Below are positions 29,815-39,505 of a stretch of DNA of 41,272 nt, piece after piece. The position numbers and the translations under genes are program-made. The stretch is taken from the sequence record DRR378314_168. One strand, given 5' to 3'. Under the pieces are notes generated by a model, which worked only from the letters and a program-made list of their open reading frames with translations, did not search any database and was not told the DNA's origin. Position 1 is the first letter of the stretch. Each line of letters starts with the position of its first letter.

Positions 29815-30245
29815 TGATGGGCATTCGACGTTCCGTTAGTGGTTTCACGCTGATCGAGTTGATGATCGTGGTGGTGGTCGTGGCCATTCTTGCCGCGATC
29901 GCTTACCCGGCCTACACCGAGCAGGTCCGGGACAGCCGGCGCTCGGAAACACAGGGCATGCTGATGGATCTGGCCGCCTCGCTGGAAGCCTATCGGGCCA
30001 AGAACTTTTCCTACGATGGCGCTACGGCGTCGTCGCTGGCGCCGAAGCTGGCCAGCAGCGACTTCTATAACGTGGCCATCACAACAAGCAACAACGATCA
30101 GGCATATACCGTGACCGCCACCACCAAGACCGGCTCCGTCATGGAAGGTGACGGCGCCCTGGTGATCAACAGCCAGGGGCAGACCTGCCGCGTCAAAGGC
30201 GCCTCGACCTGTACGCCGAGTAGTTCCACGTCCTGGAAGGAGTGA
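29814..30245 (+). CDS. pilE: Type IV minor pilin PilE
   Basis: G/FTLIELMIVVVVVAILAAIAYPAY and RRSET. TGATG coupling to pilY1. Confidence 0.92.
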   Translation: MMGIRRSVSGFTLIELMIVVVVVAILAAIAYPAYTEQVRDSRRSETQGMLMDLAASLEAYRAKNFSYDGATASSLAPKLASSDFYNVAITTSNNDQAYTVTATTKTGSVMEGDGALVINSQGQTCRVKGASTCTPSSSTSWKE

Positions 30246-30251
30246 CCCGAG

Positions 30252-30779
30252 CTACGGACACAGGCGTGCGTCCGCGGTTTCGATGCGTGCCGTGCCGATT
30301 ACGTTCATGATCACCTTGCGGGCATGTTCCTGATTGCAGATCAGGAAGTGCCCGTTTTGGTAGTAAAGATTGCCGCGGCGGCCATAGCGAAGCGCTTTGC
30401 CTCGAAAGCGCCGCCAGATCAGCGTGGTGCCTTCGGGTAACTCCAGGTATTCGATAATATCCTGAGCCCGTACTTTTCCGTCGGTATCCGGATCGGTGGC
30501 GATCAGCAGGGTTCGCGTCGGTCCGAACCGGTCGCACAGGCTGTCGCCGTCGCACAGGTAGGTGCTGCCGTGGGTCAGCGCATGGGCGCGCGCCTGATGG
30601 ATGAAGCCGAGCACCCGGTTGCTGGCGGCGACCACCCGCTGTTTGGGTAGCCAGTCGTTGTGCAAATTGTGGCCCGCGCTGAGCAGCACCGCCAACACTA
30701 TCAGCGCGATCATCAGCTCCATCAGGGTGAAGCCCCGGCGGCGTGAGCGCCGCTTTGCCGTCCCGTTTGCGCCTTCCAT
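30252..30779 (-). CDS. fimT: FimT/GspH-family pseudopilin
   Basis: RRG/FTLMELMIAL, ARAHAL...LC, QNGHFLIC and VIMNVIGTAR. Divergent from the thiO-like gene. Confidence 0.8.
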   Translation of the reverse strand: MEGANGTAKRRSRRRGFTLMELMIALIVLAVLLSAGHNLHNDWLPKQRVVAASNRVLGFIHQARAHALTHGSTYLCDGDSLCDRFGPTRTLLIATDPDTDGKVRAQDIIEYLELPEGTTLIWRRFRGKALRYGRRGNLYYQNGHFLICNQEHARKVIMNVIGTARIETADARLCP

Positions 30780-30918
30780 GGCGAATCCTCCGGGCCGTCC
30801 TTGGCCCCATTAGTCGATACGTTGATCCAGGTCGTGTTATCCCAGTCTAGCGCGCCGGGCTTGTGGTCCCTGTGTTATTGTTGCTCCCCTTCCTGTCATC
30901 CAACTCCCACGATTTGCT

Positions 30919-31998
30919 ATGGCTGATGTACTCGTTGTCGGTGGTGGAATTGTCGGTTTGCTGAGTGCGCTGAATCTCAGCGACCGCGGTTTGAGCGTCA
31001 CCGTGATCGACGCCGGCGGGCAGCGTCCGCCGGCGTCCTGGGCCGGTGGCGGTATTCTGTCGCCGCTGTTCGCCTGGCGTTACCCCGATCCCATGAACCG
31101 GCTGAGCCACGACGCCACGGCGCGCTACCGGGCGCTGGTGGATCGTCTTCAGGGCAAGGCCGGGCTGTGCGCGTCGGACCTGCATCACAGCGGCCTGTGG
31201 GTGGCGGCGGATGACGACGAGCGCCGGCAGGCGCTGCGCTGGGCGTCGGACTGGGGCCTGAGCTGTCGGGAAGCGCCGTTGAGCGAGCAGGTGTCGGCGG
31301 CGCCGGAGCGGCAAGGTGTATGGTTCCCGGAGATCGGCAATCTGCGCAACCCGCGCCTGTTGAAAGCGCTGCGCGCCACACTGGTGGGGCAGGGCGTGAC
31401 GTTCGTGAACGCGGCGGTGAACGCTGTGCGGCCCGCCGCCCGGGGCGCCGAGCTGACCCTGAGCCGGGGCGGCACGCTGTCCGCGCCCCGGGTGCTGCTC
31501 TGCGCGGGGGCCTGGACGCCGGCGTTGCTGGCCCCTCTGGGCGTGCGGTTGCCGCTGTTCCCGGCCAAGGGCGAGATGCTGCTGTATCGGTTGCCGCCGG
31601 GCCGGGTGCCGACCATCGTGCTCACCGACCAGGGCTATCTGATTCCGCGTGCCGATGGCGCGGTGCTGGCCGGTTCCACCCTCAACCCCGGCGATGCCAC
31701 CACGTATCCCACGGTGACCGGGCGTTGGGCGTTGCAGGCCATGGCGGCGTCGCTGCTGCCGGAGCTGGCGTCGGTGACGCCGTCCCATCATTGGGCCGGG
31801 GTGCGGCCGGGCAGCGACCGCGACTGGCCCTATCTGGGGCCGGTGCCCGGCACCCGCGGGGTGTTCGCCGCCGCCGGGCTGCATCGTAATGGGTTGGTGG
31901 CGGCGCCGGCCAGCGCCGAGCTGCTGGTGCGCCTGATGTGCGGGGAAACGCCGTCGCTGGATCCGGCGGCTTATTCGCTGTCCGGGGCGCCGTCCTGA
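30919..31998 (+). CDS. thiO: FAD-dependent glycine/D-amino-acid oxidase (ThiO-like)
   Basis: VGGGIVG, ASWAGGGILSP, LRNPRL, AGAW, PAKGEM, WAGVRPG and GLHRNG. Confidence 0.8.
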   Translation: MADVLVVGGGIVGLLSALNLSDRGLSVTVIDAGGQRPPASWAGGGILSPLFAWRYPDPMNRLSHDATARYRALVDRLQGKAGLCASDLHHSGLWVAADDDERRQALRWASDWGLSCREAPLSEQVSAAPERQGVWFPEIGNLRNPRLLKALRATLVGQGVTFVNAAVNAVRPAARGAELTLSRGGTLSAPRVLLCAGAWTPALLAPLGVRLPLFPAKGEMLLYRLPPGRVPTIVLTDQGYLIPRADGAVLAGSTLNPGDATTYPTVTGRWALQAMAASLLPELASVTPSHHWAGVRPGSDRDWPYLGPVPGTRGVFAAAGLHRNGLVAAPASAELLVRLMCGETPSLDPAAYSLSGAPS

Positions 31999-33353
31999 TC
32001 CAGTTCCAGCTTCTTTAGCCGGTAGCGCAGCGAGCGGAAGGTCATGCCCAGCTTCTTGGCGGCCGCGGTGCGGTTCCAGTGGGTGGTGTCCAGCGCGCGC
32101 AGGATTTCCTGTTTCTCGATCTCCTGCAGATAGTCTTCCAGCGGCAGCTGCGGGTGGCGGCCGCCGCCGTTGCCGGCGGCCGGCTGCGGCCCGTCGTCGC
32201 TGGGCAGGTGCAGATGCTCGGGTTCGATCATCTCGCCGTCGCAGAGGGTGAGGGCACGCTCCAGGGTGTTTTCCAGTTCGCGCACGTTGCCGGGAAAGCG
32301 GTAGCCGGCGAGGGCGGACATAGCCCGCTCGCTGACCGCCGGCGGCCGGGTCTCCCAGGCTTCGCCGAGACGCTCCAGGATGTGTTCCACCAGCACCGGG
32401 ATGTCCTCGTGCCGTTCGCGCAGCGGGGGGACGTGCGCTTCGATCACGTTGAGCCGGTAGTAAAGATCCTGGCGGAAGCGGCCGGCGCTCATTTCCTCGC
32501 CCAGATCCCGGTGGGTGGCGCAGAGAATGCGCAGGTTAACCGCGAACTCCTTGGACTCGCCCACCGGGCGCACCGTCTTTTCCTGAATCGCGCGCAGCAG
32601 TTTCACCTGCATGTGCAGCGGCAGGTCGGCCACTTCGTCGAGGAACAGGGTGCCGCCGTCCGCTTCGCGGAACAGGCCTTTGCGGTCTTCCACGGCGCCG
32701 GTGAAGCTGCCCTTGCGGTGGCCGAAGAACTCGCTCTCCATCAGTTCCGAGGGAATCGCGCCGCAGTTGACCGCCACGAACGGCTTTTCCCGGCGCGGGC
32801 CCAGGGCGTGGATCAAACGCGCCACGCGCTCCTTGCCGCTGCCGGATTCGCCGCTGATGTAGATCGGCGCCTGGCTGCGCGCCAGTTTGCGGATCTGCTG
32901 CTTGAGGCGCTGCATGGCCGGCCCCTGGCCGACCAGGGTGTCTTCTTCCCCGCCGCCGTCGCCGGCTTTCTCGGTGCGGCTGATGCCCAGGCCGTCCTCG
33001 ATCAACTGCCGCAGGCGGTCCAGCGCCACCGGTTTGGCGATGAAGTCGTAGGCGCCCAGCTTCATCGCGTCGGTGGCCACGTCCATGTTGCCGTAGGCGG
33101 TGATCACCGCCACCGGCATGTCCGGGGCGGTCTGGGCGGCGTGGCGCAGCAGGTCCAGGCCGGTGCCGTCGCCCAGGTTCATATCGGTCAGGCAGAGGTC
33201 GAAGCGGTCGCTGTCGAGCAGGCGCCGCGCGGCGCCGAGCGAGTCGGCCGCGGTGGCATCCAGTTTCATCCGCCCCAGGGTGATGACGAGCAGTTCGCGC
33301 AGATCCGCTTCGTCGTCAACAACCAGAACACGAGGAGTCTTATCGGTCATCAT
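31971..33353 (-). CDS. pilR: Sigma54-dependent response regulator PilR
   Basis: Receiver VVDDE...CLTDMNL, GESGSGKE, VNCGAIP, GSFTGA, FLDEVAD, GNVRELEN and a Fis HTH. Downstream of pilS. Confidence 0.93.
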   Translation of the reverse strand: MMTDKTPRVLVVDDEADLRELLVITLGRMKLDATAADSLGAARRLLDSDRFDLCLTDMNLGDGTGLDLLRHAAQTAPDMPVAVITAYGNMDVATDAMKLGAYDFIAKPVALDRLRQLIEDGLGISRTEKAGDGGGEEDTLVGQGPAMQRLKQQIRKLARSQAPIYISGESGSGKERVARLIHALGPRREKPFVAVNCGAIPSELMESEFFGHRKGSFTGAVEDRKGLFREADGGTLFLDEVADLPLHMQVKLLRAIQEKTVRPVGESKEFAVNLRILCATHRDLGEEMSAGRFRQDLYYRLNVIEAHVPPLRERHEDIPVLVEHILERLGEAWETRPPAVSERAMSALAGYRFPGNVRELENTLERALTLCDGEMIEPEHLHLPSDDGPQPAAGNGGGRHPQLPLEDYLQEIEKQEILRALDTTHWNRTAAAKKLGMTFRSLRYRLKKLELDQDGAPDSE

Positions 33354-34909
33354 TATTGGAACTGTCGGTCCGGGTGAGCACAGGTTAGCACAAAGCGAGC
33401 GCCGGGTTGGGCGTCCTCATAGTCCAGGGTCGCCTGGTTCGCCTGGCACAGCTGCCGGCACACGTACAGCCCCAGCCCGTTGCCGCCGTCGCTGGTGGTG
33501 TAGAAGGGTTCGAACAGGTGGGCGGCGGCGTCCTCGGGGATGCCGTCGCCGTTATCGGCCACCGAGATCCACGGCAGCCGGGTCTGCGGGTGGCGGCCAT
33601 AGGCCACGGTCACCCGGCAGTCCGCGCCGCCATGGTCGAAGGCGTTGCCGATCAGGTTGTCCACCACCTGTATCAGCTGGCTGCGGTCGAAGCGCACTTC
33701 CAGGCCCTCGTCGCGGTGCTGCAGGCGCAACCGCTCGCGGGGGATGCCGCGCTGGTGCCAGCTGGCGGAGACCTCCTCCAGGACCGGTGCCACATCGAAG
33801 CGCGCCGCCTGGCTGCGTGGCCGCCGGGACAAGTCCAGCACATCGGAAATGATGCCGTTCACCCGTTTCACATGGTTGCGGATAATGCCCAGAAGATGGC
33901 TGTCTTCCGGCTTTTCCATGTCTTCGTCCAGCAGCTCGGTGGCGTGGCTGATGGCGCTCAACGGGTTGCGGATTTCATGGGCCAGGGTGGCGGACAGGCG
34001 GCCCAGGGAAGCCAGGTTCATTTGCTGGGCTTCCTGGGCCACGCGGGCGGTGTCTTCCAGGAACACCAGGGTGAGGTCCTCATGGCCGGTGTCCAGGTCG
34101 GCGAAACGGGCGCTCACCTGCGGCGACTGGCGCGACACCCGCAGCGGGCTCTGCGCCATGTGCGGCGCCTGCCGCCAATGCTGATGCCGCTCCACCAGCG
34201 CCGCCGGCAGATGCTGGCCGACCATGGGGGTGGCGAAAAAGCCGTCCGCGGAGGGGTTGGACTGCAGAATCCGGTGCTCGTTGTTGAACACCATCACGCC
34301 GGTGCGCATGCGGGCCACGATCTGCCGGTTGAGCGCCTCCAGCCGCTCGATCGCCACGCGCTGGCTGGCGGCGATGGACTCGCTGCGCTCCAGCCGCTCG
34401 GCGATCTGCTGGATGATCAGCGACACCATGAAGAAGGCGATGCCCAGCAGGCCCGCTTCGGTGAGCTGGAACGGGTCCTTGTCGCCGGTCTGGGTGGCGA
34501 AGTAGAACTGCTCGAACATCACCGTCAGGGTGGCCAGCGCGGCGATCAGGAAACCCATGCGGCCGCGCAACAGAATATTGCCGGCGGCCACGTTGACCAG
34601 CAACAGCACCGCCAGGCCGCCTTCCAGGCCGCCGTTGGCGTGCACCACCAGACCCAGCACCAGCACATCGATAACCAGCGCCAGCGGCTGCGCGAAGCCC
34701 GGCTTGCGCAGCCGCTCGCTGTAATCCATCGCCGAGGACACCAGCGTCAGCAGCAGATAGCCCGACACCGTGCCTTCGAACAGAGCCGGCATGTACTGGC
34801 CGATCAGCCGCTGCTCGCTCACATAGAACAGCGTCAGCAGCACCGTGGCGATGGTGATGCGGTAGAGGTTGTAGATACGGCTTGGTGTCCAGCTCTGGCT
34901 AGGGCTCAT
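33353..34909 (-). CDS. pilS: Sensor histidine kinase PilS
   Basis: RIYNLYRIT N-terminus, about 6 TM helices, PAS-like region, LAHEIRNPL, FEPFYTT and GLGLY. TAATG overlap with pilR. Confidence 0.9.
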   Translation of the reverse strand: MSPSQSWTPSRIYNLYRITIATVLLTLFYVSEQRLIGQYMPALFEGTVSGYLLLTLVSSAMDYSERLRKPGFAQPLALVIDVLVLGLVVHANGGLEGGLAVLLLVNVAAGNILLRGRMGFLIAALATLTVMFEQFYFATQTGDKDPFQLTEAGLLGIAFFMVSLIIQQIAERLERSESIAASQRVAIERLEALNRQIVARMRTGVMVFNNEHRILQSNPSADGFFATPMVGQHLPAALVERHQHWRQAPHMAQSPLRVSRQSPQVSARFADLDTGHEDLTLVFLEDTARVAQEAQQMNLASLGRLSATLAHEIRNPLSAISHATELLDEDMEKPEDSHLLGIIRNHVKRVNGIISDVLDLSRRPRSQAARFDVAPVLEEVSASWHQRGIPRERLRLQHRDEGLEVRFDRSQLIQVVDNLIGNAFDHGGADCRVTVAYGRHPQTRLPWISVADNGDGIPEDAAAHLFEPFYTTSDGGNGLGLYVCRQLCQANQATLDYEDAQPGARFVLTCAHPDRQFQ

Positions 34910-35147
34910 GGTGCTCCAGGTATTGGCGCTGATGGTCCTGGCTGCAGAACGCCATGTTGTTGTGTTGGAACGCTTCATTTTCCGGCACATGCACGCCGCA
35001 TTGCCGGCACTTGACCATCTTCTGGCTGAGCGAAGCCGGCCCGTCGGCCGGGTCGTCATGCCGGCGGCGTTCACCCAGCAGGCCTTTCACGACCCGCCAA
35101 ACCAGATAAATCAGAGCCGCTATGATAAGCAGCCGTATCAGCCCCAT
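34899..35147 (-). CDS. PP0621-family small membrane/zinc-binding protein (82 aa)
   Basis: MGLIRLLIIAALIYLVW TM segment, then MVKCRQCGVHVP...FCSQDH. GGGGAG SD. Overlaps the pilS start. Confidence 0.85.
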   Translation of the reverse strand: MGLIRLLIIAALIYLVWRVVKGLLGERRRHDDPADGPASLSQKMVKCRQCGVHVPENEAFQHNNMAFCSQDHQRQYLEHHEP

Positions 35148-35225
35148 AAGGATCTCCCCGACGCCTGTGCAAGGGCAGGCGGCTACAGAGTACAATCAGC
35201 GCTCCATGGAGAAAAGGCTGGTGAT

Positions 35226-36851
35226 ATGCGAGTAGTGATGGCCCAGCGCAACCCGCTGGTCGGGGATATCGAGGGCAACGCGGATGCGGTGGTGGCCGCC
35301 GCTCGTGAGGCGCGCAATTTGCTGGGCGCCGAGCTGGTGGTGTTCCCCGAACTGGTGCTCACCGGCTACCCGCCGGAAGACCTGTTGTTGCGCCCCAGCC
35401 TGAACGGCCGCGTCGACGACGCGCTGGCGCACATCGGCGAACGTATCGAGGTACCGGTGGTGCTGGGCTATCCTGCGGTGCGTAATGGCGTGCGCCGCAA
35501 CGCCGCCGGCGTGCTGTTCCCGGGGGACAGCCGCCCCCGGCATGAGTATTTCAAGCAGTGCCTGCCCAACTACCGGGTTTTCGATGAAAAGCGTTACTTC
35601 CAGCCCGGAGATCAAAGCTGTGTGTTCGAGTTGGGCAGGGAGCGCCTGGCCATCACCATTTGCGAGGACATCTGGTTCGAGGGGCCGGCGGCCCAGGCCG
35701 CCCGCGACGGCGCCACCTGCATCGTCAACCTGAACGCGTCGCCGTTCCGCGCCGGCAAGCCCGGTGAGCGCCGCGACCAGGTCTGCGCCCGCGCCCGGGA
35801 AACCGGTCTGCCGGTGCTCTACTGCAATCTGGTGGGCGGTCAGGACGAGCTGGTTTTCGACGGCGCCTCTTTCGTGGTGGACGGCGAAGCCGGTGTCTGT
35901 GTGCAGGGCGCCAGCTTCGAGGAAGCGCTGGTCCCGGTGGACCTGGGCCGCGAAGGCGGCGCGCTGAAAGTGCGCGGTGAAGTGCTGCCGGTGCCGGAAG
36001 ACGAGGAAAGCCTGTACCGGGCCCTGGTGCTGGCAACCCGTGACTACGTCAACAAGAACGGCTTCAAGGGCGCGCTGCTGGGCTTGTCCGGGGGCATCGA
36101 TTCCGCCCTGACCCTGGCGGTGGCGGTGGACGCTCTCGGCCCGGACCGGGTGGAGGCGGTGATGATGCCGTTCCGCTATACCGCCGACATCAGCATCGAA
36201 GACGCGGAGCAGCAGGCCAAGGCACTGCGGGTGCACTACCGGTCGCTGCCCATCGAGCCGGCCTTCAACGGCTTCATGTCGATCCTCGAGGAGGCGTTCG
36301 CCGACCACCAGCCGGACACCACCGAGGAAAATCTGCAGGCGCGCTGCCGTGGCGTGTTGCTGATGGCGCTGTCCAACAAGAACGGGTCGGTGGTGCTGAC
36401 CACCGGCAACAAGAGTGAGATGGCGGTGGGCTACGCCACCCTCTACGGCGACATGGCCGGCGGTTTCTCGGTGCTTAAGGACGTGTTCAAGACCTGGGTC
36501 TACCGGGTGGCGCGCTGGCGCAACCAGAAGGCGGGCAGTGAGATTATCCCCGAGCGGGTGATCACCCGGCCGCCGTCGGCGGAGCTGGCGCCGGATCAGG
36601 TGGATTCGGATTCGCTGCCCGGGTACGACGAGCTGGACGCCATTCTGGAGCGTTACGTGGAACAGGACATGAGCGCCGAGGCGGTGATTCGCGACGGCTT
36701 TGACCGCGACACCGTGTACCGGGTGGTCAAGCTCACCGACCGCAACGAATACAAGCGGCGTCAGGCGGCGGTGGGGCCGCGGGTCAGCCGCCGCGCCTTC
36801 GGCAAGGATCGCCGCTACCCGATCACCAACGGCTGGCGACCGGGGGACTGA
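35226..36851 (+). CDS. nadE: Glutamine-dependent NAD+ synthetase
   Basis: Nitrilase-like domain (FPELVLTGYPPED, FDEKRYF, ICEDIW) plus synthetase domain (GLSGGIDS, ENLQAR, TGNKSE). Confidence 0.97.
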   Translation: MRVVMAQRNPLVGDIEGNADAVVAAAREARNLLGAELVVFPELVLTGYPPEDLLLRPSLNGRVDDALAHIGERIEVPVVLGYPAVRNGVRRNAAGVLFPGDSRPRHEYFKQCLPNYRVFDEKRYFQPGDQSCVFELGRERLAITICEDIWFEGPAAQAARDGATCIVNLNASPFRAGKPGERRDQVCARARETGLPVLYCNLVGGQDELVFDGASFVVDGEAGVCVQGASFEEALVPVDLGREGGALKVRGEVLPVPEDEESLYRALVLATRDYVNKNGFKGALLGLSGGIDSALTLAVAVDALGPDRVEAVMMPFRYTADISIEDAEQQAKALRVHYRSLPIEPAFNGFMSILEEAFADHQPDTTEENLQARCRGVLLMALSNKNGSVVLTTGNKSEMAVGYATLYGDMAGGFSVLKDVFKTWVYRVARWRNQKAGSEIIPERVITRPPSAELAPDQVDSDSLPGYDELDAILERYVEQDMSAEAVIRDGFDRDTVYRVVKLTDRNEYKRRQAAVGPRVSRRAFGKDRRYPITNGWRPGD

Positions 36852-36857
36852 CAGCGG

Positions 36858-37676
36858 TTACAGCAGGTCGAACGTGAGCAGGCTCAGCAGGCCCTTGTTC
36901 TCGTTCGGCCACCAGGCCAGATCCACCTGGTCGTCGTCTTCCAGGAATTCGCTGTCCGGCCAGTTGGTGGCCAGGATGCGGCGGCTTTTATCCGCCAGCG
37001 CCGGGCGGTCCAGGCGCTCGTAGCCTTTCACCATGATGGCCAGGGCTTCCGGCACCAGCGGCGTCTGCTGGTAGTGCTGCACCACGTACTGGGCGCGGCC
37101 GATGGCGGCGATGTAGGCGCCCCGGCGGGCGTAGTAACGGGCCGCGTGCAACTCGTGGCGGGCGAATTCATTGCGGATGAACACCATGCGGGCGCGGGCG
37201 TCCTCGCTGTACTCGCTGTCCGGGAAGCGGGTCACCAGGCGCTCGAAATCCTCGAAGGCGTCGCGCGCGGACGACAGGTCGCGGGCGGACTTGTCGGTGT
37301 TCATCATGGAATCGAAGAAACCCCGTTCCATGTAGAAATTGGCCAGGCCGCGCATGTAGAGCGCGTAGTCCAGGCGCGGGTGGGCCGGGTAGCTGCGCAT
37401 GAAACGCTGGGCGGCGACCACGGTTTGCGGGTAATCCTGAAGGCGGAACTGGGAGTAGATCAGCTCCAGTTGCGCCTGCTCCGCGTAGCGGCCGTAGGGA
37501 AAACGGGCCTCCAGCTCCTTGAGCCGGTCCACGGCGGTCACGTAGTTATTCGACTCCATGGACTCGCGGGCTTCACGGTACTGTTCCGCTTCGGTGCGCT
37601 CCGGGGCCTCGTCAGGTTTGCTGGCGCAGGCGCTGAGCAGCGCGGCGATCAACAGGGTCGAAAACAATCGTGGCAT
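36858..37676 (-). CDS. bamD: Outer membrane protein assembly factor BamD (ComL)
   Basis: Lipobox LSAC, TPR motifs (FPYGRYAEQAQLELIY, FPDSEYSEDA, ARYYARRGAY). Divergent from rluD. Confidence 0.95.
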   Translation of the reverse strand: MPRLFSTLLIAALLSACASKPDEAPERTEAEQYREARESMESNNYVTAVDRLKELEARFPYGRYAEQAQLELIYSQFRLQDYPQTVVAAQRFMRSYPAHPRLDYALYMRGLANFYMERGFFDSMMNTDKSARDLSSARDAFEDFERLVTRFPDSEYSEDARARMVFIRNEFARHELHAARYYARRGAYIAAIGRAQYVVQHYQQTPLVPEALAIMVKGYERLDRPALADKSRRILATNWPDSEFLEDDDQVDLAWWPNENKGLLSLLTFDLL

Positions 37677-37733
37677 TTTATCCTCGGTGCGACAGGGTAC
37701 AATGGTGCGCCTATTCTACGCACAGGTCGGACC

Positions 37734-38705
37734 ATGGGACATCTTGGCGGTGAGAAAATTCAGCGCACTGAGCAGGTTGATGCGCAATACGCCGGTATCC
37801 GGCTGGACCAGGCGGCCGCCGAATTGTTCGACGGCTTCTCCCGGTCGCGCCTGCAGAACTGGATCAAAGAAGGCGTGCTGACGGTGAACGGGCGCGCCGC
37901 GCGGCCCAAGGACAAGCTGCTGGGCGGCGAGGCGCTGACCCTGGCGGTGGAACTGGCCCCGGAGATCGACGATCAGCCGGAAGCCATTGAATTGCCGGTG
38001 ATTTATCAGGATCAGGACCTGATCGTGATCAACAAGCCCGCCGGCCTGGTGGTGCACCCGGCCGCCGGCCACGCCGACGGCACCCTGCTCAACGGCCTGC
38101 TGCACCTGGACGATCGCCTGTCCAGCCTGCCCCGGGCCGGCATCGTCCACCGCCTGGACCGGGACACCACCGGCCTGATGGTGGTCGCGCGCTCCGTGGA
38201 AGCGCACACCGGGCTGGTGGCGCAGCTGCAGGACAAGAGCCTGTACCGGGAGTACCAGGCCATCGCCATGGGCGTGATGACCGGCGGCGGCACCGTGGAC
38301 GCGCCCATGGGCCGGCACCCGGTGGACCGCAAGCGCCAGGCGGTGGTGACCCACGGCGGCAAACCGGCGGTCACCCACTACCGGGTGCTGGACCGCTACC
38401 GGGCCCACACCCGCGTGCAGGTGCGCCTGGAAACCGGCCGCACCCACCAGATCCGCGTGCATCTGGCCCACCGCCGTTATCCGCTGGTGGGCGACCCGCT
38501 TTACGGCGGCCGGCTCAAGCAGCCCGCCGGCGCCACCGAGGCGCTGCGCGAGGCCCTGCGCGGGTTCCGCCGCCAGGCTCTGCACGCCTTCAAGCTCGGG
38601 CTGGTGCACCCCGCCAGCGGCGAGTACATGGAATTCGAGGCGCCCCTGCCCGAGGATTTCCAGACCCTGGTTCAGGTCCTGGAGGCGGACCGGGAGGCAC
38701 AATGA
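37734..38705 (+). CDS. rluD: 23S rRNA pseudouridine synthase D
   Basis: S4 domain RLDQ...SRSRLQ, NKPAGLVVHP, HRLDRDTTG and LETGRTHQIRVH. Confidence 0.97.
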   Translation: MGHLGGEKIQRTEQVDAQYAGIRLDQAAAELFDGFSRSRLQNWIKEGVLTVNGRAARPKDKLLGGEALTLAVELAPEIDDQPEAIELPVIYQDQDLIVINKPAGLVVHPAAGHADGTLLNGLLHLDDRLSSLPRAGIVHRLDRDTTGLMVVARSVEAHTGLVAQLQDKSLYREYQAIAMGVMTGGGTVDAPMGRHPVDRKRQAVVTHGGKPAVTHYRVLDRYRAHTRVQVRLETGRTHQIRVHLAHRRYPLVGDPLYGGRLKQPAGATEALREALRGFRRQALHAFKLGLVHPASGEYMEFEAPLPEDFQTLVQVLEADREAQ

Positions 38706-39457
38706 CCCTGCCCGATATAAGCCAGTGGCTGCGGCCCGACTGGCAGCCCCATCCCCGGGTTCGCGCCCTGGTGACCACCCGTCTGGGGCATCACTCGCCG
38801 CCGCCGTGGCACGGTTTCAACCTGGGCATGAACTGCGGCGACGACCCGGCGCGGGTGGAGCAGGCCCGCCGCCATGTGCACAAAATGCTGGCGGTGGACC
38901 ATCCGCCGGCCTGGCTGGAGCAGGTCCACGGCGACCGCATCATCCAGGCCGGCGACGCCGACACCCGCGCCGACGGGGTCTGGACCGGCGAACCGGGCTG
39001 GCCCTGCGTGGTACTTACCGCCGACTGCCTGCCGGTACTGCTGGCGCGCCAGGACGGCAGCGCGGTGGCGGCGGTGCACGCCGGCTGGCGCGGCCTGCAC
39101 GGCGGCATCCTGGGCCGGGCGGTGGCAACGCTGGCGCCCGGCGGTGAGCCGCTGTCCGCCTGGCTGGGCCCGGCGATCTCCGCGCGCGCCTACCAGGTGG
39201 GCGAGGACGTGCACCGTGCCTTTGTGTCTCTGGGGCCGGAGTATCAGGCCGCCTTCAGCCGTGACAGCCAGCCCAACCATTGGCGCTTCTCCCTGGCCCA
39301 CGCCGCCACGCTGGCGCTGAACGCCGCCGGTGTGTTCGAGGTGGCGGGGGGCGACCACTGCACCGCCAGTGATCCGGTCCATTTCTACTCTTACCGCGCC
39401 GAAGGCCAGACCGGCCGCTTTGCCACCATGGTGTGGCTGGAACCCGCCCCGGCTTGA
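38702..39457 (+). CDS. pgeF: Peptidoglycan editing factor / purine nucleoside phosphorylase YfiH
   Basis: EQVHG, ADG, LTADCLPV, HAGWRG, LGPAI and FYSYR. ATGA overlap with rluD. Confidence 0.93.
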   Translation: MTLPDISQWLRPDWQPHPRVRALVTTRLGHHSPPPWHGFNLGMNCGDDPARVEQARRHVHKMLAVDHPPAWLEQVHGDRIIQAGDADTRADGVWTGEPGWPCVVLTADCLPVLLARQDGSAVAAVHAGWRGLHGGILGRAVATLAPGGEPLSAWLGPAISARAYQVGEDVHRAFVSLGPEYQAAFSRDSQPNHWRFSLAHAATLALNAAGVFEVAGGDHCTASDPVHFYSYRAEGQTGRFATMVWLEPAPA

Positions 39458-39476
39458 TCCAGATCAACAATCCCCT

Positions 39477-39505
39477 CTTGAATCGCTTCACGTCAGCCCG
39501 CATTT
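39477..39505 (+). promoter_or_regulatory. Sigma32 (RpoH) heat-shock promoter of clpB
   Basis: CTTGAA-N15-CCGCATTT matches CTTGAA-N13-17-CCCCATNT with one mismatch. Confidence 0.75.

Noticed and set aside
24061..30251. Possible site-specific invertible segment around fimU-pilE
   Set aside because: No inverted repeats found at the boundaries and no recombinase gene in the window.
32697..32714. GSFTGA instead of GAFTGA in the sigma54 activator
   Set aside because: Known functional variant typical of PilR.
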